The notes beneath the pieces were generated by a model. The model searched no databases, was not told the origin of the DNA, and saw only the letters and a program-made list of their open reading frames with translations. Below are positions 57,856 through 64,000 of a DNA stretch of 64,000 bases, one piece after another (the first letter of the stretch is position 1; every line of letters starts with the position of its first letter). Made by a program: the position numbers and the translations under genes. This DNA comes from Sedimentisphaerales bacterium (GTDB taxonomy: Bacteria; Planctomycetota; Phycisphaerae; Sedimentisphaerales; Anaerobacaceae), in assembly GCA_040772485.1 (NCBI GenBank), contig JAXGYC010000009.1:32001-96000 (forward strand), written 5' to 3'.

Positions 57856-58350
57856 CTACGGCGACGCGGCGCTTTGCATCATCTTCTCGCAGAATTCGCG
57901 TCCGCGTCTGGCGGTCTCTTCAGGACTGACGTCTTCGACGTGGGTCGCGAGAGTCCAGAGATGGCCGGAAGGATCGGTCACCGTGCCGATCCGATCGCCC
58001 CAGAACATGTCTTCCACCGGCATCTTGACCTCGGCGCCGGCGTCGACGGCGCGTTCGAACGCGCGATCGACATCCTCGACGTACACGTAGAAGCCGACGG
58101 GCGTGCCGCCGAACGCGTGCGGCGAGCGGCAGTCCTGCCCGGGCATCTCATCGCCTACCATGAACACCGAATCGCCGATCTTCAGTTCCGCATGCATCAC
58201 GTGCTGCCCGTCGGGCGTGGGCATGCGAAAGCGCTCCTCGGCGCCAAAGGCCTTCTTGTAGAAGTCAATCGCACGCGCTGCGTCACTGACCGTCAGCACC
58301 GGCGTGATCGTTCGGTATTCCTCCGGAATGGGTTTCACTTTTCCTTTCAT
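57856..58350 (-). CDS. VOC/glyoxalase (PhnB-like) protein
   Basis: AIDFYKKAFGA, HAELKIG, MFWGDR, DPSGH; AAGGAG RBS. Confidence 0.9.
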   Translation of the reverse strand: MKGKVKPIPEEYRTITPVLTVSDAARAIDFYKKAFGAEERFRMPTPDGQHVMHAELKIGDSVFMVGDEMPGQDCRSPHAFGGTPVGFYVYVEDVDRAFERAVDAGAEVKMPVEDMFWGDRIGTVTDPSGHLWTLATHVEDVSPEETARRGREFCEKMMQSAASP

Positions 58351-58761
58351 CGTTTGCTCCTTTCGATGGATATCCCGCTGGATATCAGGTAAATACGCAA
58401 GACCTCATGTCTCGACGGTCCTTGGTACGCCGGGCCGGTTCAGAGGTGCGGCCCGCAAGGAAATTCCTGCCCCCGCGTCCGGGCGATGCTCGTTCCTCGC
58501 GGGTTCCAGGCTGGATGCAGCCAAAGGCGCGGTCCGTCGAGCCATTTACCTGTGCGATATAGTTCTTTGTCCATCGGCATGCCGCCCGGGTCGGACGTAT
58601 AGTAAATAGAGCCATACAACCGGGACCGTACCTGGGGGGCGCTTGCGGTGGACCGAGGTCCTATCCTGCGGATGATCCGAGGCGTCCTTTTTTCATGCGC
58701 CCTCACCCCTGCCAAGCCGGCAAGGGCAGCTTCACTTCCGTCCGGGTCCCCTCAGCAGGCC

Positions 58762-58914
58762 AAATCCGAAACGCGAATATCGAAACCCGAAACAAGCACG
58801 AATAACAGAAATCAGAAACCCCCAACGAACAGGGGACCGGTGCCAGTCGTCTCGGTCATTCGAGATTCGTGCTTTGGATTTGCTTCGGATTTCGGATTTC
58901 GTGCTTCGGATTTC
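58762..58914. repeat. Empty inverted heptamer-array element (AAATCCG ... CGGATTT)
   Basis: aaatccgaaacgcgaatatcgaaacccgaaac ... gcttcggatttcggatttcgtgcttcggattt. Confidence 0.85.
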
Positions 58915-58951
58915 AGCGTGTAGAATCTCCTGCGTGGCGTGCAGGTTTCCC

Positions 58952-61510
58952 TTAGCCTGCCTGCTGTTTGGCGCGGATCAGGATGCGGAAGGTCTCGCGC
59001 ATCCGCATCAGCCGCGCTTCATCGGCATGGCCCGGCGGCAGCGCATCGATCTGGTCCTCGACCCGGCTGAGTGACTGACGCAGACGCTCGTAGCTGACGT
59101 TGCCGAGGATCTCGCCGATGTCGGGCTCATTGAACACGATCCGTTCCAGCGCGATCGACGCCTCGCCCACGTACGCGGCGCCGTCGGCCACCTGGTCGAG
59201 GGCCTGCTGCGCGACCCACTTGGTCGTATTGCTCAGTGCCGCCTGGGCCACCGCCTTGTCACCGGTAGCGTACGCGTAGGAGTTGAACAGGATCTGCGTG
59301 GTCATCTCCGCCGCCGCCGTGATGGGAATGCCCGCGATGGCCAAGTCGATGACGAAGTTTACGCTGCTGCGTGCGATCGCCTCGGAGGGGGCCTCGCCCT
59401 GGTTCATGCGATCGACCGCTTCGGCGGTGGCCGCCGCGGCGCTGAGCAGCAGCAATCCCTTGTCGAGCTTGCTCATGCTGGCGAAGTGATTGTCCAGACG
59501 CTGGGCGACCTGAGTGGCTGAGCCGGAGACGAACGCATGATACGAGCGGACCACGTCGTCGCCCAGTTCGCGGCCGACGTTCCAGATCGCACTGCTGCTG
59601 CGCCACATGTTCTTGGCGTCCTTCGACATCTCCAGCAGACGGTTGAGGGCGCGAATCTGATCTCCCGTCTGGCGCGTGCCACTGCCGGTTCTTGCCAGAG
59701 CGTCGATGTACTGGCGCAGCCGGCTCGGGCTGAGCATGCCGTTTTCGAGGGCTTCCGACATCTTCACAAGCATCTGGCGAATCTCGCGCCGCCTCTTATA
59801 GAAGTCGGCACGCTTCATCTCATTGATGTCGATCTTTTGCATCGCCTCGATGAACTCGTCAATGGTGTTCGTCGCCTCGCGCATCTTGTTGGCCTCGCGG
59901 AAGGCCGACAGCCAGTCGGCGAAATCCTTCGAGTCGAGAATGCTCTGGAGGCTGAACAGCCATTCGCCGAACGTCTGCGGCTTCGGCCCGCTCAGGCCCG
60001 TGTCCCGCAGGGCGCTCCGCCAGGCGTCGCACGGATCACCGTGCACGGTCCCGTCGCGCTCGACGTGAATCTTGTCGTCGTACCAGTCACGCCGCCGCTG
60101 CTTCTCTTCGTCCGATTCGCTGAGCCCGTCGAGCTGGTCGCGGTGACGGTTGACGGTGTCGAGGTTCGGATCGCCGGTCTCGCCCGCGCCGCCGCAGGGC
60201 GTCTGGTTCAGCGCGTCCTGCAATCGACCGTCGATGTGCGCCTTCTGGTTTTTGAGGTCTTCCTCGTGGATTTCTTCGTGCTTGGCCAGGATCGCCTCCC
60301 AGTGCCGAATCTCCTCCTGCTTCCTGGCGATCCATTCGGCGCAGGCCTTCTTCCACGCGGCCAGGACTTCATGCCACCGGTTATTACCCGCGGTGTCTCC
60401 TTTGGCCTGTGCGGCGGCGATTTGCTGGCGGATGTCACGGCCGGTTCGGCGGGCGCCGGCCGCAAACACCTGCGCATCGTCTCCGGCGGCCTGGAAATCC
60501 GCCAACTCCTGCCGCCGTTGTTCGATGGCCTTCTCGATGTCGCCGTTGGTGGGGCGCGAGCCCGCGAGGGGGTTGTAGTTACTGTACGTCTTGTCGGTCC
60601 AGGCGTTGACCGTCTGGCGATATTTGTCGCTCGCCTCGGCCACGATCTTCTGCACGCCGTTGCGGTCGAGGCGTGTGCCCAACGCCGGGACGTACACCAC
60701 GAACGTCCCCGCGGCGATCCGGGCCCGCGCGTCGGCCAGCTCGTCCCGGCGCCGGGCCAGGTGATCGTCGATGCCCTGGCCGGTCAGCCGCGTGCCGATC
60801 GCGGGCAGATAGTAGGCGTATTCACGCCGCTGCGCCTTGGCCAGATCCTCCTGCTTGCTCGCGATGCTGGCGAGAACGTCCTTCCAGGTGGCCCGCCAGC
60901 CGAGCGTCTGGATATAGTGCGCCACCTCGCCAGCGCCGTAGGCGGCCATCCGCGTGGCGCGTTCCTGCGTTTGCTTGGCGACATACTCTCTCCAGCCGTT
61001 GATGTCGCTGCGCATTCCCAGTTCCTTCTTGTACCAACCGATCTTCCCGGCGGCGAGATCGGCCGCGATCTGCGCTGCGGCATCTGCGTGCGCCTTGGCG
61101 TCGCGCTCGCGGCCTGCCGCCTGTGCCTCGGCGGCCAACCGGCGCTGTTCGGCAATCCGTTTCTGCGCATCGGCCTGCGCTTCCGCGATGGCCTCGTTGC
61201 CCCATCGGATGCGGTTGCCGAAGTCCTCGTCCTCTTTGGCCTTCGCGTCGTCGAAGACCTTCCTGGACTCCTGCCGCAAGCGAATCTGTTCCTGGATCGA
61301 CGCGATATTCTCGGCGTTCTGCTTCTCGTACTGCCGGGCCGCCTCCTCGGCCGCCGCCAACTGGTCCAGGAACGGCTTGAGCACCCGCTCCGTCGTCTCC
61401 TGGCAGCTCTTCGGCAGGTCCTCCGCCACGGCGCGTGACGCTGTCACGCAGGCCAGCAACGCACAAATTCCCCAGGAGAACATCGAGGTGAAGAACGATC
61501 GCGGTTTCAT
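58952..61510 (-). CDS. Secreted hypothetical helical repeat protein
   Basis: Signal peptide; 852-aa ORF with coding-like composition; internal Y-x3-[LIA]G-x-R repeats; hydrophobic C-terminal helices. Confidence 0.8.
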   Translation of the reverse strand: MKPRSFFTSMFSWGICALLACVTASRAVAEDLPKSCQETTERVLKPFLDQLAAAEEAARQYEKQNAENIASIQEQIRLRQESRKVFDDAKAKEDEDFGNRIRWGNEAIAEAQADAQKRIAEQRRLAAEAQAAGRERDAKAHADAAAQIAADLAAGKIGWYKKELGMRSDINGWREYVAKQTQERATRMAAYGAGEVAHYIQTLGWRATWKDVLASIASKQEDLAKAQRREYAYYLPAIGTRLTGQGIDDHLARRRDELADARARIAAGTFVVYVPALGTRLDRNGVQKIVAEASDKYRQTVNAWTDKTYSNYNPLAGSRPTNGDIEKAIEQRRQELADFQAAGDDAQVFAAGARRTGRDIRQQIAAAQAKGDTAGNNRWHEVLAAWKKACAEWIARKQEEIRHWEAILAKHEEIHEEDLKNQKAHIDGRLQDALNQTPCGGAGETGDPNLDTVNRHRDQLDGLSESDEEKQRRRDWYDDKIHVERDGTVHGDPCDAWRSALRDTGLSGPKPQTFGEWLFSLQSILDSKDFADWLSAFREANKMREATNTIDEFIEAMQKIDINEMKRADFYKRRREIRQMLVKMSEALENGMLSPSRLRQYIDALARTGSGTRQTGDQIRALNRLLEMSKDAKNMWRSSSAIWNVGRELGDDVVRSYHAFVSGSATQVAQRLDNHFASMSKLDKGLLLLSAAAATAEAVDRMNQGEAPSEAIARSSVNFVIDLAIAGIPITAAAEMTTQILFNSYAYATGDKAVAQAALSNTTKWVAQQALDQVADGAAYVGEASIALERIVFNEPDIGEILGNVSYERLRQSLSRVEDQIDALPPGHADEARLMRMRETFRILIRAKQQAG

Positions 61511-61686
61511 CGGCAGGCCCCTTCAGCTTTGCGCCCAAGTCTACGTCGCGACCCGACAGGAGCCGGGCCGTCCACACGGCCCTATCCTAACATAATAGGC
61601 CCGTTCGATCAACAAATAAGCCATGTCGTCGGCCGTCGGAAGCGGGTGGCAGCGGCAATCCTTGCGCGCCGGGACTGGGGATGGCG

Positions 61687-61736
61687 GTTCGTAGTGTGCC
61701 CGTAAGGGCATAACGCCTGACGGTGTCACTACGAAC
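61687..61736. repeat. GTTCGTAGTG...CACTACGAAC element
   Basis: gttcgtagtgtgcccgtaagggcataacgcctgacggtgtcactacgaac. Confidence 0.85.
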
Positions 61737-61740
61737 AGCG

Positions 61741-61820
61741 AGGTCTCTTAGGTCCTTTCGGTCCCTTTGGTCTTCTGGAGCCCGAGAAGGACCAAAGGGA
61801 CCGAAAGGACCAAAAGGACT
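61741..61820. repeat. Inverted nonamer-array element, copy 2
   Basis: gtctcttaggtcctttcggtccctttggtc...gaccaaagggaccgaaaggaccaaaaggact. Confidence 0.85.
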
Positions 61821-61847
61821 GTATACCTTTGCCGCGAGGCGTTAGCC

Positions 61848-61915
61848 GTTTGTAGTGTGCCCGTGAGGGCATACGTTCCATAGAATGCGTAACGCCTTAC
61901 GGCGTCACTACAAAC
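61848..61915. repeat. GTTTGTAGTG...CACTACAAAC element
   Basis: gtttgtagtgtgcccgtgagggcata...taacgccttacggcgtcactacaaac. Confidence 0.85.
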
Positions 61916-61983
61916 CTACGCCCCTTCGGCAAGCTCAGGGCCTGCCCTGAACGCAGTTGAAGGGGCAGGCTCTTACGGGCATG

Positions 61984-62766
61984 CTACGAACGGTGGCTCC
62001 AGGCGTTGCGGATCTTTGTGCCCAGCGGGTCGGACGCGAGGTGGGCCGAGTAGCTGTCTATGAGGGTTTCCCAGTCCCCCTCGCGGCGCTTCCAGTGACG
62101 ATACAACTGATCCAGGTCGTGGATCGCCAGTCGGGACAAGGGAAAGTAGGGCCGCATCTTCTCCAGATCGATCACCGCCGCATCGAACCGGTGCGTCCCG
62201 TTGCCGTTCGAGCCGCCGGCGTTCTCCGCCCGCACGAAAATGTGCTTGGCGTGCAGGCAACTGTGCCGAAGGTAATGGCTGTGCATCTGGCTGAGCGTCT
62301 GAGCGACGGAGGCGAGCAGCGCTCTGCGGGCATCGAGGTTGTCCTGCCCGATCGCGGCCAGGCTGTCCTCCAGCGGCTGATACCCCTCCAGCGATCGCGT
62401 CACGAGAATCGCCTGCCAATGCCGGCCGACGTTGCGATGCCCATAGAAGAGCAGATCGGGGCAGGGGACTCCGTGCTTCTTCATCCGACAGATGTTTTCG
62501 TACTCCCTGTAGACCGTGGGAAGGCCTCGGACCGGATGGAGCAGGGTGCGGAAGTTGTGGTTCTGCTGACGCTTGATGAAGACCGCCAGCGTGCCTCCCT
62601 CCGGCTGTTTGAGGATATGGCGCGAGACACCGCTCCAGCCGTTCCGGCGGCGATTCGGTTCCTCGAACCAACTCAGATCGGCGTTCCAGAGCGATTCAAA
62701 ATCGTCGAGGCCGTTGTATGCCAGAAGTTTCCGATCCGATTCGGAAACGATGCAGTGGATGCTCAA
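61984..62766 (-). CDS. InaA/Kdo-WaaP family lipopolysaccharide kinase-like protein
   Basis: WFEEPNRRRNGWSGV, FIKRQ, HSCLHAKHIFV, IDLEKMR. Confidence 0.85.
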   Translation of the reverse strand: MSIHCIVSESDRKLLAYNGLDDFESLWNADLSWFEEPNRRRNGWSGVSRHILKQPEGGTLAVFIKRQQNHNFRTLLHPVRGLPTVYREYENICRMKKHGVPCPDLLFYGHRNVGRHWQAILVTRSLEGYQPLEDSLAAIGQDNLDARRALLASVAQTLSQMHSHYLRHSCLHAKHIFVRAENAGGSNGNGTHRFDAAVIDLEKMRPYFPLSRLAIHDLDQLYRHWKRREGDWETLIDSYSAHLASDPLGTKIRNAWSHRS

Positions 62767-62769
62767 AAC

Positions 62770-63453
62770 TCACTCCTTGCGCAGGATGTAGACTCGCCAC
62801 ATGGAATAGAATCTCAGGAAGTCAAGGTGGCCGACGATCCGGAACCCCGCCTGGCGAAACTCCGATTCGATGCGCTGGCGTTCCACCACGCCGCGATTCT
62901 GGAGTTCGGCCTTCGATCGGGTCGCCTCCAACTTCTTTCGCCGGTAGGCCCTGTAGTTGCCGTCCACCCACAGGGAGACGCAGACTGTATCGCGGGTCAC
63001 CCGGTGGAATTCCCTCAGCATCGCCAGCCGGTGGGCCGGTTCGAGAATGTGATGGAGCAGCCGCATGCAGAAGATGTTGTCCACCGAAGCATCGTCGAGC
63101 CCGGTTTCGAAGGCGGAGCACTGAAAGCACTCCACGCGATCGACCAGCTCTTTGGGCTGCATCCGGCGGGCCACCTGAAGCATCTCCTCGCTACTGTCGG
63201 CGGCCAGAATCCGGCGTCCCGACTTGGCCGCCAGCAGAGGCCAGAACCGCCCGGCGCCGCAAGGCAGATCGAGCACGACGTTGGGATCGCCCGCCATCGC
63301 CAGCGCCCGGCGGGCCATCGCCAGCTCCCGCCATGTCGTCAATCGCCGGGCCAGACCCGCCCGGTGCTTCCGGAAGTAGTGTTCCGCGTGGTCGCGATCG
63401 TATTTGTCCGAGAACTCCAGGCGTATAGCCTGGTCGCCGCGCGAATTCTTCAT
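62770..63453 (-). CDS. Class I SAM-dependent methyltransferase (copy A)
   Basis: VLDLPCGAGRF, ADSSEEML, MRLLHH, LREFHRV. Confidence 0.9.
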   Translation of the reverse strand: MKNSRGDQAIRLEFSDKYDRDHAEHYFRKHRAGLARRLTTWRELAMARRALAMAGDPNVVLDLPCGAGRFWPLLAAKSGRRILAADSSEEMLQVARRMQPKELVDRVECFQCSAFETGLDDASVDNIFCMRLLHHILEPAHRLAMLREFHRVTRDTVCVSLWVDGNYRAYRRKKLEATRSKAELQNRGVVERQRIESEFRQAGFRIVGHLDFLRFYSMWRVYILRKE

Positions 63454-63598
63454 GGAAGATACGTCCTGTTGCCTTCTGCAAGCTGCCTGCGAGCACCGTT
63501 TTTCGGAACGCCGAGTCCGACGAGCCCGGTTCGTGGGCGCATCTTGACGGTTATCGTTCGCACCGTCAACGGTTTCTTCGCAGCTCGGCCTTTGTTTC

Positions 63599-64000
63599 CT
63601 ACCCCTTGCGCAGGACGTAGACTCGCCACATGGAGTAGAACCTCAGGAAATCGAAGTGGCCGAGGATTTGGAATCCTGCCTGAAGGAACTCCGCCTCGAC
63701 CGTCCGCCGATTCGTGACGTAACGGCTGTGGCGACTCCCCTGCGGTCGGCGGGCCTCCACCTTCGCTCTCCGATGTGCCATATAATTCCCGTCCACCCAC
63801 AGGGAGATGCAGACCGTATCCCGGGTCACCCGGTGGAATTCCCTCAACATCGCCAGCCTCTGGGGCGGTTCGGGGATGTGGTGAAGCAGACGCATGCAGA
63901 AGACGCAGTCGACCGAAGCGTCATCGAGTCGCGTCTCGAAAGCGGAGCACTGGAAGCACTCCACGCGTTCGACCAGCTCCCTGGGCTGCATCTGGCGGGC
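63599..64000 (-). CDS. Class I SAM-dependent methyltransferase (copy B), 5' end outside window
   Basis: Paralog of 62770-63453 (MRLLHH, LREFHRVTRDTVC, FLRFYSMWRVY). Confidence 0.88.
   Translation of the reverse strand, partial: ARQMQPRELVERVECFQCSAFETRLDDASVDCVFCMRLLHHIPEPPQRLAMLREFHRVTRDTVCISLWVDGNYMAHRRAKVEARRPQGSRHSRYVTNRRTVEAEFLQAGFQILGHFDFLRFYSMWRVYVLRKG

Noticed and set aside
58620..58695. SRP RNA or a known riboswitch
   Set aside because: Lacks the SRP GNRA/AGCAG motif, and I could not match riboswitch consensus by eye; kept only as a candidate sRNA
6441..61915. Repeated ~26-30 nt palindromic units as a CRISPR array
   Set aside because: Units are dispersed and inverted, there are no regular unique spacers, and no cas genes are present
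62773..64000. Methyltransferase duplication as an assembly artefact
   Set aside because: The copies differ at many synonymous positions and in a whole internal block

Overview
GC-rich bacterial chromosomal window with no rRNA, tRNA, CRISPR array, transposase or integrase that I could recognise. The gene content suggests an anaerobic, polysaccharide-degrading planctomycete, probably Phycisphaerae/Sedimentisphaerales. This is an inference from the prepilin-type (DUF1559-like) genes, several ECF sigma/anti-sigma pairs, a PQQ propeller, a sulfatase and many CAZymes. Housekeeping content: leuA-leuC-leuD and a displaced leuB, shikimate kinase, an HU-like protein, a DRG/OBG-TGS GTPase, ZupT, a Kef-type antiporter, MoxR-DUF58-transglutaminase and ECF-ZAS-YbjQ-NfeD-SPFH. 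CAZymes: GH35, a 1.7k-aa GH127-CBM-propeller-GH51 fusion, GH30, a GH28-like protein and a beta-helix protein. The least-explained signal is a dense, multi-family set of small palindromic elements. (i) Inverted arrays of degenerate 7-, 8- and 9-mers: one 7-mer pair brackets a decayed four-helix-bundle (IVP/Avd-like) gene between leuC and leuD, while the others are empty or half elements. (ii) Several GTAG-type REP/REPIN families, some nested; one is inserted in frame twice in a MetF-MetV-like-methyltransferase fusion gene. Other highlights are an unannotated Leu/Ile-rich leader peptide before leuA, an HNH-AP2 cassette with direct repeats next to a decayed pilin gene, candidate structured RNAs, a secreted protein with an unrecognised ~37-aa repeat, and a duplicated methyltransferase next to an InaA-like kinase. 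All family assignments were made by eye from motifs; no searches were run.
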